In this document: piece by piece, positions 1 through 11,697 of the stretch
Position numbering within the stretch: the stretch's first letter is position 1
Layout of the letters: each line of letters begins with the position of its first letter
Assembly (NCBI GenBank): GCA_003971905.1
Contig: RSEE01000039.1
Coordinates: forward strand, 434,001 to 498,000
Direction: 5' to 3'
From: Moniliella sp. 'wahieum'
Lineage: Eukaryota
DNA length: 64,000 nt
The notes under the pieces: model-generated
The model's database searches: none
What the model saw: only the letters and a program-made list of their open reading frames with translations
What the model was told of the DNA's origin: nothing
Position numbers and translations under genes: made by a program

Positions 1-1899
1 CCTCTCCGGGTTGGACGACGCTGTAAACATGCTCGAGATGACCACTTCACCAATCGACACGAGGCAAAAAGTGTCATGCGCTCCGACATGTGCTCCACGT
101 TGATGGCGGGTACGTGACCGAGGCCTAGGCTGGGAATATGGCCTGGTTTGAAGGTCCGCTTGAACCGTCCATGGATCCATTGCGTGGCCGTCGATACCGC
201 ATACCGTAGTCCCAAATCCGTCACGAGCCCCGTCATGGTCAGGGCAATTACCGTGATGGAACTGTCAGCAGCCAAGATGGAGAAAAAATGCCAGCTAGGA
301 CAGCGAGGCAGCCAGCTTGGATCCATAGCGCCCGACGGAACGCCGGGAGCCAATACCCATAACAGACCAGCATAATCAGACGGATCCCCTTGGCCCACAC
401 GTAAAACGCGGTTGCTGCATGTAGACTGGAACGATAGCCGGTAGCAAAGAAGTATCCTCCGACAATGTGCGCTCTGGTATCCGCACACGATCCCAACCCT
501 GAGTCCACCTCGGCACGACGGCCCAAGGCGGGTGGAAGCCAACGACGGCTCAGCCCCTCATCCTTGTTGACAGGCGTCTCGTCCCGGCACCCATCTGTGT
601 CAGCAAAGACAATGTTTACCGCCGTCGCATTCGCGGCAAAGCCCGCCATGACAACCATGTAGACCAGGACGGCAAGGCGTTGCAAGACATCGTCCGTACC
701 GGACTGGTTGATCCACGATCGCATGTCCCCCCAAATGGAGTAACTGAGGTAGAACACAATGGCAAACTTGGCGATGCCCACCCCATTGGATCCTTCGGCG
801 GCTTCAGACGCAAGAATGTGACAAACACCAGCAGCTGCCATATCAAACACGAGTTCGGTCCGCGAAACTCCCCGTTCGTGCGTTTCACCATAGTACCTGA
901 TAGAGAGGTCTCAGTATAAGTTGCCGTCATGCATCACATGCCAACGTAGCTGATACGATTGTGGGACTCACTTTCCATCATACAGCCATTGGCGAATGAC
1001 TGGCTTTCTGACAATGTGGGACCACGACAGAGGCGTTTCCGGAAGAAGGGGGCAATGTACGGCCCATCATAGCTGCCATGGACATGGTCAAAGCACTCCG
1101 TGGTAGGAGAGTGTTGATTGCCATGACCATCATCCTGCGACTTGCGCTCCCTCGCAGTGTCAGTGTCATGATATTCACCATCTCCACCGCCCTCCATCTT
1201 GTCCACTACGACAGGGCGGCAAGGCACCGTTGAGCGTTGATGGGCCATTCGCCCCAAACCAGGGTTGAGCGACGTGCTCCTTGATGCACGATGGGAATAA
1301 GGGCGGGCTTGGGGCATGGAGCTGGTGTTTATCCCGTCGATACTAGTACCACCACCGTACGCACGCTCGGCTTCCTCCACGTCTTCATGTGCATCGAGGA
1401 CCAAGTTGGTCTCGGAGATGCTGTGGTGGTACGGGATTTGACGGAACGCCAGTCCGTCGTCCGATCGGATTGGGACCGTAGGCGCCAAGGGGGGGAACGC
1501 ACTGGTCTTATGGTCCCAAGTAGCATTCTCCACTTGGTAAGACGACGATGCGATACTGTCACGGGTGGAGGGGACGGGAGATAAGACCGAGTGCAGTTTG
1601 TTGTCCGTGGGGGCTGGGCGTGAAGCATGTCCAGACGCGGCCGAAGAACGTACATCAGTCGAATACGCATTGATCAACCAAGCTATCTCATCACCTGGTG
1701 GGGCAGTGCCTGCTTTGGAGGGAGAGGGACCCAGATCCATGTGCACCGGTTCGGGACTCTGAGCTACCATGGCGGTGCCGGTTATTGTATCCGCAGCCAT
1801 GTAGGCAGACGAATGAGGAGTGTGCCTGGACGTAGGCGGGTACCAGGCCGGGGTGATGGTGGCGGAACGGTCGGGTGTAGGGACGCGGTTCGGGGGCAT
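1..1899 (-). CDS. Fungal LtrA (low temperature requirement A)-type multi-pass membrane protein; 3' end runs off the window, start uncertain, frameshifted
   Basis: Joined minus-strand frames give ELVFDMAAAGVCHILASEAAE...IAKFAIVFYLSYSIWGDMRSWINQSGTDDVLQR and, near 50-112, PAINVEHMSERMTLF..VSIGEVV. These match fungal LtrA-family motifs. Long disordered N-terminus. Confidence 0.75.
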
Positions 1900-3850
1900 G
1901 AGGGTTTGCAGGCGGTCTTGGGACGATAAAGGGGAGGTTGTCTGCGCATCTTCACCCGACCAAGCGGAACCATCGATCCACCCAGGTGACCACCAGGCCG
2001 TCGTCTTGTCGGCCAATGGTCGCGCGCCTCGTTGGGAGAAAGAACTGCGGGCACTTGTCGTTTCCAAGACGAGTCCCTGCCAGAAGGAGAGGTGGCGTGG
2101 CACTCTGGCAAAGAAAGCGAAGGTGTGATGGGCAGGTTGGGCGTGATGGGCGAGGGTGGGAGCAACGACGGTGTAGGCGAGGACGAGAGGGACGAGAGGT
2201 TGGAGGAGGAAGGGAGGGATCGCGGTGAGCGTGAAAAGGAGTGTGTGCCGCCGAGACAAGGGTGCGGCTCGGGGAGCCAGGCTGGACCGGGTGCGGCATT
2301 GGCAGCGGCAGCGCTTCTCGAGACGAGGACGACATGAGGGGAGACGCGCTCAGGACGGCGTGTGTGGCTCTGGCAGGACGGGGGTGTCGGCACGGCCGGT
2401 CTTGGCCCACAGCGGCGGCGATGGTGGATTGGGGAGTGTGGAGAGAGGGGTATCGGTATGGTGTGGTTGCAGGAGCGATGGAGGCGGCTGCCCGACGACA
2501 GCCTCTGGCCTGCGCCGTTCAGCTGCCAGGAGAGCGAGCGGCGAGGGCAGGCCGACGGACGAGGGCACTGCATTGCGGAAGCGATGCGGCTGAGAGATGC
2601 ATATCAATACAAGTCGATCAAGCTCAAGCTGATCGGGGCGGATCCAGAACGGACATCATCGATATCATCGTGGCGGGGAGGCCGCGCAGATGGGCGCCCG
2701 TGGCTTGTGGCTCGGTGGGGCAGCCCACCCAGGATAGCTCTCCCGGCGGCTGTTCTGTGTGGGCGTCTGTTCGGCTCGCTCACCCGCCAGCATCACACAT
2801 CACGCACTGATTCCTCTCGCGGACCGAGATGCTGATTGATAACTGGATTGATCGAGGCGCGGCCGCCGCCTTCTCGAAGCGCTCGGCGCCCCTGGCAGAA
2901 CGGCGTGCCGGCCAGCCGGGCGCAACCTCGCCGTACAATCCAGCATTCCCCACCCCACTCAACCCAACCCAACGCGACACACCTGTTGGCACCCCCCCCC
3001 CCCGTCACAGGAGGCTCGCTTCTCCTGCGCCCGAATCAAAGAACAACCAGCAACAAGCAGGTGTTCAGGCCGCGAGCGGCGAGCGAGCTAGCGAGCGCGC
3101 GAGCAACACGAGAGACACAGCCAATCATCACTCCTGCACTGCGCCACTCCATATGCCTGCCAATAGTCTCCCATTCCATGAATAGGTTCCCGCTCCACCG
3201 CCCACCGTTCCATAGTTCCATAGTTCTATAGTTCGCCTCATTCCATCGTTTGCTTTGTTCAGTGTGGAGAGAAATTCCGTGCGCTTTTGGTCTTCCCACT
3301 CAGCAGAGGTCTCATGCCATTATGCATTATGATCCTTTTCACATCCAGGCCTTAGGGCCTCAGAGGGGACTCGACGGTGCTTGAACAAATCTGTCGCTAC
3401 GTGACAGTGCGGTCCACAGTCGGAGGTGCTACTACCAAATTGCATGCAATATAGCGGCAAACTAGACACGTTTGCTGAGAATGCTGTTGACGTTAAGCAC
3501 CCCTTCCCAGCTGCTTTGCTCAATCTCTCTTCCACAAAAACCAAACACTCTTGTAACTATGGTGTAGAGCAACGCCCCGATAAAACGTAGGCAGATTATG
3601 GTCAAGGGCCATAGCTTTTCGATGTGTGCAGTTGGGTAACCGGCACAGGCAAGGAGGGGGGGGGGGGGGGGGGCATGACATCGAGGGACCAAAGGAGGGT
3701 TAACCATTTGGTACAGGTGCCATGAACACTACATGTGGCGAGAAACGCGCCAACTAAGAGGTTCATCAGCGCAAAGGTGCGACGGACGCACAAGCATTAG
3801 CGCGCACAACACACCAGGTGGTGGGACATGAGGCAACGAGGGCAAACAAG

Positions 3851-4437
3851 TTACTCCTGGGGAACCTCAATCTCCCCCTCGTTGATGGCGTCAATAATGT
3901 CGTGAGGGGGCGACGGTCGAGGCAGCCGACCGACTGGGCGGTACCGAGGATCTCCTTGACCACGCCGGAAAGGTCCTTGGCAAAGGAACGCGGGCGCATG
4001 GTGCGCGCAATCTCCACAATCTCGTCAAACGGAATGTTGCCGCCGTGCTTGATGTTCTTCTCCTTTTTGCGGTCACGGGGGGGCTCCTTCAGCGCGCGGA
4101 TGACCAGCGACGAAGCCGAGGGCACCACCGACACAGCCGCCTGACGGTTCTGCACAACCAGCTTCACCGTCACACGCAGGCCCTTCCACTCCCCAGTGGC
4201 CTTGGCAATGTCCTCACCAATCTTCTTGGGCGACTGGGGCACAAAGAAAACCCATGGTTAGCCATGCTGCCCTTTTTCCCGCGTACGTGCAGCAACGGGG
4301 GGGGGCGGACGGGATGGGGGCACTCACCAGACCAAGAGGACCGATCTTGGGGGCAAGAGCCGAGGACGCACCGACCTCGCCACCGGTGGCGCGGAGGATA
4401 ACGGTGACAGGAATCGAGGGTCAGCCTTGGGCGCCAT
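3851..4437 (-). CDS. RPL12: 60S ribosomal protein L12 (uL11); intron 4234-4327, indels
   Basis: MAPKADP...[85 protein letters not shown]. Intron has GTGAGT donor, GCTAAC branch and CAG acceptor. Confidence 0.97.
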
Positions 4438-4975
4438 CTTGAAGCAGTTCTTGGTGGGATGGGACCGAAGCAATGCCGCCGCGGGCGATGCTGCAGGTAG
4501 CTGATGGCGGCGGATGGGCGCAGGTAGGGTTGCAAAACACACACCCCACGTGCCTGCAATCCTACGCCCCGCACAGGACCACAGTCTGGATGGGATTTTG
4601 CACATGCTGCGGCTAACCCTACTGGCCACTACCCCCCTCTCCTGTCGCTGGCCCAAAACCCGGCCGGCCTGCCTCTGGCTGAAGCTCCCCGATCTCAGAT
4701 CTCATGTGGAAGCCTGGGCTGAAACTGACAAGTGAATGTGACGTCGCAGCCTAGACAAATGGTAAATGGGTGTGGAGTAAAAGCTACCGTGGTACATGCG
4801 GTCAGCGTGTTGACCGTGCCGTGACCCCCCATCGCTGGGAACTACGTCCTACACTGGAACCACACTTCCATCACCGACATCGTCAGGGTAAGCTAAGGGC
4901 GATGCTTGTTTGTGGATCGTAGGAGGATGGACCGAAGAGGATGGACTCAAGACGGATGGGGCGCGCACACCGCCC

Positions 4976-7900
4976 TCACTGCGGTCGCTGCTGGCCAGGG
5001 AAAAAGCCGGGCTGTTGCTGTTGCGGCGGCTGCTGCTGTTGTTGCTGTTGCTGCTGCTGCTGCTGTTGCTGAGCACGCTGCAGCTGGGCGCGGAGCTGGG
5101 CGAGCATATTGGGATCGAGCCCTTGGGCATGCGCTTGTTGGAGCATAGCCAAGTTCACCTGGCCAGGCATGCCCATTTGCGCACCCTTTTGTTGCCCCAG
5201 GGCCTGGGCCAACTGGGCCACGGGTGCCTGCTGCGGCGGCTGCGGGGCAAGCGGCTGCTGCGCTTGCGTCTGCGCCTGCGCCTGCGGTTGCGCTTGGGAC
5301 AGCGACTGGAACTTGGCCTGGATCGCTTGCAGCTGTTGGGGAGAGAGCTGCATTTGCCCGCCCTGTTGCGGCTGCATCAGCTGGAACTGGTGCAACATCT
5401 GTGCCTGCGCAGGCGTCAAGCCAGGCAGACCAGTCTGCCCAGTTGAGGATTGTTGCGCTTGCGCCTGGGCCTGAGCTTGCGCCTGAGCCTGGGCCTGGGC
5501 TTGAGCTTGGGCTTGGGCTTGGCTTGTGCCTGGGCTTGAGCTTGCGCCTGCGCCTGAGCCTGAGCCTGCGCTTGGGCTTGGGCTTGCGCTTGAGCGTGCG
5601 CTTGGAGCTGAGCGAGCTGGGCGGGAGTGAGTTGCATCCCAAAGGGATTGTTGGCCTGGCCTGCTTGGCCCGAACGCATCAGCGCCGCATACTGCTGCAG
5701 CACGTTCATGTTCAACCCGCCCGCACTCATGGCCGGCACAGAGCCCGGGGCGGGACTGGAGGTGCCCAGGGCCGAGGGAGCCTGGGCACCAACCGTGCCA
5801 GCAGCGGGGCTGCCCTGAACTTGCCCCGGTGTCTGGCCTTGTCCAGCTTGGGCAGCTTGAGCCTGCGCGAGGGCAGCCTGCACGGCTTGAGCTTGAGCTT
5901 GGGCCTGGGCTTGGGCTTGAGCATGGGCTTGAGCTTGAGCAGCTTGGGCCTGGGCTTGGGCCTGAGCTTGGGCCTGAGCTTGGGCCTGAGCTTGGGCTTG
6001 AGCTTGAGCTTGCGCCTGGGCCTGGGCTTGAGCTTGCGCTTGAGCCTGAGCCTGAGCTTGAGCTTGGGCCTGAGCTTGAGCCTGAGCCTGAGCCTGAGCC
6101 TGGGCCTGGGTCTGAGCCTGGGCTTGGGTTTGAGCTTGAGCTTGAGCTTGGACGGGGCTCTGAGCCTGTCCCGGCACGGCTGCTTTGGCTTGGCGCGATT
6201 GAGCGGCATGGTACTGCATCATGGCAGCCGTGATGCGTTGCTTGGTGGCCGAGTCCAACTTGGCCAGTTGCTGGGACAGTTCGGCACTGGACGAGGCCTG
6301 AGGCAGGTTGACGTTGGCTTGACGTAGGAGCTGGTGCAGGAACGCCTGCTGCGTCGGAAGGTTCGTCCCTGCCGCCCGTGCCGCAGCGACATTGGCAGTG
6401 GGGTTCCCCGCTGGTGGCACAGCAGTCGGTGCCCGGACCGCCGCGGCTGGCGCCGCAGTAGCAGCGGCAGCAGTAGGAACCGAACCAGACTGCGCAGGCC
6501 ACTGCTGGCCAGACCCAACTTGCGCCGCAAGCGGAGCCGGCTGCGAGGCCGCCTGAGTCATCGGATTGGTTCTGGGAGGAAGCTGGATCACCCCGGGTTT
6601 CGCAGCTCGCGGACGGGGCGCCGGGCGTTTGGCAGACCCAACCGAAGCGTCTGGCTGAGCGGGGGTGGAGCTGTTCCATGGGGCGGGAGGAGGGTTGGGG
6701 GAGGTAGGCGCAGTAGGCGTAGATGGCTCCTTCGCATCTGCCCTCCCTCCCGCCGTCGAGGCGGGAGCGGCGGGGGGAACGGCAGCCGGCTTATTGGCCG
6801 AGGTGCTCGCTGGCGCCGCAGTAAAGGAAGGCATCCGCTCTTTGAATACAAAGGCAATCAGGCGACTGAGGACTTGTTCTGTTTGGGGTCCGCCGCAGGC
6901 TGCAGCGAGATGATCAGGACACCCGCGCCAGAGTTGGGTCCGTGGCGGACAAAGGCGGCGCTGCTTTTGGTAGAGAGAGCACGGGCGAGTTGTTGATAGA
7001 CCTGCACGTTGATCCGACTGCGGTCCGGCTGGCTCTTGCCGCCTGGGTAGCTAGGAATCAGAACAAGGTAGGGAACCTTGTTGTCCACAGCATACTTCTG
7101 AACCGCGAGGTGTTGATAGGTATGATCGAGCTGATGGCCATCGTCTTGGGCCAAGGCGCCATCCTGGAAAAACCACAAAAGAATCATCAGCCTCTCTTCT
7201 TGCAACACAACAAGGGATAAAAGGACATACAAGTCGGCACGCAGTACATCTGTAGGGGTGCTGGCCGTCACATGAGCTGCTACATCCTTTCTTGCCCCCT
7301 TCTCCTTGGATGCGGGATCTTGCGTGGCCCAGCTGATGCTGCCAGTCCAGAAGAGCTCGCGCTTGCGGAGAAGAGGGGAACTAGCTGCGGCAGCGCCCGA
7401 GGGAGAGGCACCGGCCGGCGCAGGAGTCGGTTGAGTGGTAGCTGATGTGGATGGCGCAGAGCCGGAAGCCTGCGCGGGCTGGGAAAGAGACGGCGCTGCT
7501 GAAGCCGAGCTAGATGCAGCAGAGGGTGGGGCAGGCTGGGCGGACTGGGTGGGTTGGGCAGGCTGAGAAGACCCCTGTTGCGGAGCTTTGGCCGCATCCG
7601 ACTTGTTGGCGAATTGCGGATTGGGAAATTTGGGGTGGAGGACAATGTTGGCGCCCCGGGCAGTGGTGTCGATGTTGACCAGCTCTTGCATAAAGGCATA
7701 GAGGGCGGTCTGGGCACGCTCGGCCACCGTGCGATTGGCCTTGTCCGCTTGCGCCAAAGCCGCGAGTTTGCCCAACGCCAAGGCGCTCGAGGTGGCAATG
7801 ACCTTTTGGTGAAGTTGCTGCAGACGGGCCAGGGCGGCGGGCGCCACATCAAAGTTCATCTTGCGCATCGGTTCAGGCAATTGCTCTTGGGGGATATTGC

Positions 7901-10066
7901 GCTGCATTGCCATCTGGCGAACTTGGAGAAGAGCCGCAGCCGACTGGATCATAGGAACCAAGTACGTCAACAAGAAGTTGAAGCTGTTAACCACCTGTTG
8001 CGTCACGCCCTCCACCTTGTTAGTGGCCGCTTGTTGTAAGGCAGCAATGACCGCCTTGGGATCCGGCAGATTGGGAGTTGGCCGTGCTGCCGATGCCTGG
8101 CCCTCCGATGGACCGGCGGCCGCCGATGGCCCAGCAGCTGCGCTGGTCGAAGCCTGCTGGCCACCTGCGCTGGCGAGGGTCGGTTCGGGGTTGGGGCGCT
8201 CCGCCATGGCGGCACTGGCGGCTGCCTTGAGCTCGCGCTCCAGGAAGCACACAGCTTGCATGTACGTTTCGCGCAGCTGCACGCCTGCCTGCACCAGCAT
8301 CGATCCATGCTCCTGTTCCCGCTGGGCACACGAGACGAGCCATTGGCGATGGTGTGTGGCCGGGGAGCGTTGAGGGTCGGCCTTGCCTGCCGGATCATCT
8401 TTGATGCGTTTGGGCTTGTTCCAAAGCGCCGGGCCAGGCAGTGAGGGGAGCGCGGTGCCCCACTGTTTGCCAAGCAGCTGGGTGCTACCCGACATGCCAG
8501 TGAATGCGGCCGAGGCAAGATGGGCCGCCCCACTACGTGGGAAGAGCAACTCGTTGGGATCCGAAGGAACGTCTCTGGGAGCTGGTCAGAGGTATATCCC
8601 GCCAACGCCAAGTGCAGCTGCGATGCTGGGCAATCTTTCGGGGGCGTAGACGGGAGTTTCTGGGGCGAGTCCGGACTGAGAATAGCGGTACAGGGATAGG
8701 CGCCCTGTTGCGCCAGCAGCTGGGCTGCCTGGGCCCAAGACAAATTGTCATTCGCACTCCACTGGTTCGCCAGCGCAGGCAGACAGGAGAAGCCGGGTCC
8801 GGAGGGGATACTCGTCGAAGCCGGGAGAAAGGAGAGGATGTAAAAGCAGCTTGGCGTGAGGGGCAGGTTGGAATCCGGCGAGTCCCGCTTGCGCTTGTGG
8901 GATTCCCCGTTTGCGCCTCCGCTCTCTTCCGAGCTGGGCACGGGGGTCCCGCTGGGCTGGAGCCAAGTGGGATCGAGGGCGTTTTTTAACCCGCTAGGCT
9001 GGTTCCATGGAAGGAGTTCCAGCGCAGCCACCAGCGCTTCAGCCAGCAAGACACCGTCCTTGTCTTTGTCCGAGTCCACGTCGTCGCCTGGTCCTGATCG
9101 CCAATGCTCGTGCCACATTGCACTCGAACTGGGGCTGGGCTCGGGGGTGGCCATGCCCGTATACAAAAGCGGCCACAGGGAGGGCTCTGGTGCATGTGCA
9201 GGCGCTGTGTGGGTGCAGAGCGCATCCAAGGCGTCTTGCCTGTCCCAGTCCGTCGAGGTCGAGGGGGCGTCGGGGAAGGCCCTCCGCCTGAGAGCAAGCA
9301 ATGCATCGCTGGCAGGCTGGAGAGGAATGGTCTGCACCGCTGGGGCGTTGTACTCTGTCGGAGTGTGCAGAGAGAGCTCAGCAGGACCCTCCGGCCCAAA
9401 CCAGGGGGGTGTGGGAGGGAGGCCTGCTTGGGACACGTCCGGCTGGGTAGACCTGCGTGTTCCATAGAACACCGACCCAATCTGAAGCACGGGCGAGGGA
9501 GAGTCGATGCCCATTGATGGGGACGCATGGCCGGGCTTGGACGGGGTCTGACTCATTCGGACCGCCCGCATGGTCGAGGCCTGAGTGAGACGCTGGGTGA
9601 TCTTGTCGACCAATGGGCGGACAACCTGATCGACGAGCGAAACAATGGGAGGTGTCTTTTTGGCCTCGATCCGGTTCTGCAATTCAGAGGGAAGAAGAAT
9701 GAGAAGAACACCGAACGGGCTGACATTCTCTGCAGCAGAGGCGTCGAGAACGGGGGGCAACGTGTCGGCGCTGGGGGCGGAAGCAGCTCGCTCAACGCGA
9801 GTGGCAAAGGGCAGCGGGGCGATGCGGCGGGGGGGCGGGAGGTGAGGGATGGGGCCAGCTGCGGGCGGGGCGATGGCGGGGGCAGCGCTGAGAGCGACTG
9901 CGAGGGGATCCAGACCGAGGGCCAAGTCGGTGGGCATGGCGACGGCAGCGACGGCGGCGGGGTCGGGCGGGCGGGTTGACACGTCAAAGTGGATGGACAT
10001 GTCGGGCGCGGCGAAGCTGAGGTCGAGAGGCACCGGCGGTGGCGCAGAGACAGCAGAGTCGCCCAT
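4976..10066 (-). CDS. Mediator subunit Med25-like: N-terminal VWA, central ACID/PTOV-like domain, C-terminal QA/polyQ region; intron 7164-7230, several frameshifts
   Basis: VWA-like segments [15 protein letters not shown] and [13 protein letters not shown]...[16 protein letters not shown]-like segments [49 protein letters not shown] and GVLIISL. Assembled from ORFs 8003-10210, 6858-8549, 5416-6834 and 4976-6679. Confidence 0.7.
5455..6150 (-). repeat. Two coding (Gln-Ala)n hexanucleotide repeat tracts (about 5455-5610 and 5880-6150)
   Basis: Degenerate CARGCN repeats on the minus strand, translating to QAQAQA... Confidence 0.95.
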
Positions 10067-10887
10067 CGTTGGCGACGCCAGTCCGCGGCGGAGGCGAGAT
10101 GGCCAAGAGGCGGGTGGAGGGGGGGGGGTGGAGGTGGAGGTGCGGGCGGGCGGGCGAGGGATCAAGCTGTGATCATCGGTGGAGGCTGGGGCTGACCGTT
10201 TCAATCGCACGCGAGATCACTCGATCACTCGATCATCGATCATCGATCACCGGCCATTGTCGACGCATCGACTGCGCCTGGGCGGTTTGAATGTTGCAAG
10301 TGTGCTATCCACCGCGCGTGCTTTGTGCTGTGTGGAGTCAGACTGAGCTCAGGCAGTCCACAATCATCATATACGAGGAAGTGCTATCGGATGACATTCT
10401 TAGTGCCTTCCCACTGGTCTTCACTTGCTTCTGTTGGAGGGTAGTGCTGGGGTTCCCTTGCACGACTCTCGGTGGATCAGTGACGATCACTTAACCGGGC
10501 GGAAGAGTTCCGCTCGCAGGGCGCGCGCGCCCTGCTCACTTCATCTCTCCCTTCTCTCTCTCCTGTCTCCTTCCCTTCAATTCAGATGTTGCTTGAACTT
10601 TGCCTTTTCACGCCTTGTCTGAAGGCTGCACTGCAGCTGATCCAAAGGATCGCGAGTGCGGAGCACTCTATAGCAGCTTCGTCTGCTTCGCTGTGCGATG
10701 GGGCTTAGACAGAAGGGGGTTACCAAAATGGGGCCAACAGTCAGCATCCTCGATTGGTGGGGATCCTTTATCCCACCTTCCATTCTCGTTCCCTTCCCGC
10801 CTTTCCTGTCCAACTCCTGAACGTTTCCAGCCAATTGATTCAGTAATACAGGCAACCTCTCGTCTCCACTTGGCTGCATCATCTTCA

Positions 10888-11346
10888 TCATCCAACCTCC
10901 TCCAGCTTTCCATCTGCCCAGTCGCGCGAGCCTTCCATCAGCCGCGTCGGTTCCCCGTACCACAGCATGTCGCGTGGGTTCCTTTCACAGTCACTGCCAT
11001 GCCTCAGCCTTGGCAGTGTCTGTCCGCTCCACTCATCTACCCGTCTCTGAGCCCCGGAGGTTTCAGACACGTTACTACCCTCCAGCCGGCGTATACGCGG
11101 CCTTGCCACGCGTGCAGCCGCCTCGGCTTCACGCCCAAAGGCTTCTCTTCCTCGCTCGGATCCACCAGGTAGCCCGTGAGTCGCAATTGCTTGTTTCAAC
11201 TTGCTACACCGCTCCGCGGCAGCCTTGTGGCCAGATCGACGGCAGTGGGGGCACAACCGTGGGCGTGGATTGAAGGGGCACCGTGTGCGAGTGTGAGCGT
11301 CGGTGTCGCAATGGGGGCACCGGCGGGGAGTACGGGTAGGGGGCAT
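10888..11346 (-). CDS. Small ORF with tandem CCHC zinc knuckles (Gag/ORF1-like; possible transposon remnant)
   Basis: CPHCDTDAHTRTRC is an exact CX2CX4HX4C and CPHCRRSGHKAAAERC is CX2CX4HX6C. ATG at 11346, in a lower-GC intergenic region. Confidence 0.5.
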   Translation of the reverse strand: MPPTRTPRRCPHCDTDAHTRTRCPFNPRPRLCPHCRRSGHKAAAERCSKLKQAIATHGLPGGSERGREAFGREAEAAARVARPRIRRLEGSNVSETSGAQRRVDEWSGQTLPRLRHGSDCERNPRDMLWYGEPTRLMEGSRDWADGKLEEVG

Positions 11347-11697
11347 TTTAAGTGGGTGGAGGGACGCGTCGACGCGACTCTGTCATATGCCCGATGATTG
11401 GCGCAGCCAGCCCCCCAGCCGTCACGTGCAGGTGGGGGGGGGGGGGGGCAGTAGGGTTGCACTTTTTCTTTCCACCCTCCGATATGGAACTTAGAGATCA
11501 CCCCATCACCATTCTTCTCCTGCATCTATACCCGCTCCCCACCGCATCCCTTCGTCCACAGCATCCATCATTCACAACAGCCAGTTACATATCATCTCAG
11601 GCAGCCTCCTCGCCATCCGGGCGCGAAGGAGAACCCGGCGACGTCTGCGCGTGCGGCGGCCGCGCTTCAGCACCAGCCGAACCGCCAGCCTCGTGTC

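Noticed and set aside
1900..3760. Overlapping ORFs between the LtrA-type gene and RPL12
   Set aside because: No recognisable motifs; likely UTR or promoter sequence.
5224..6327. Plus-strand Leu/Ser/Gly-rich long ORFs
   Set aside because: Antisense shadow of the QA repeat coding region.
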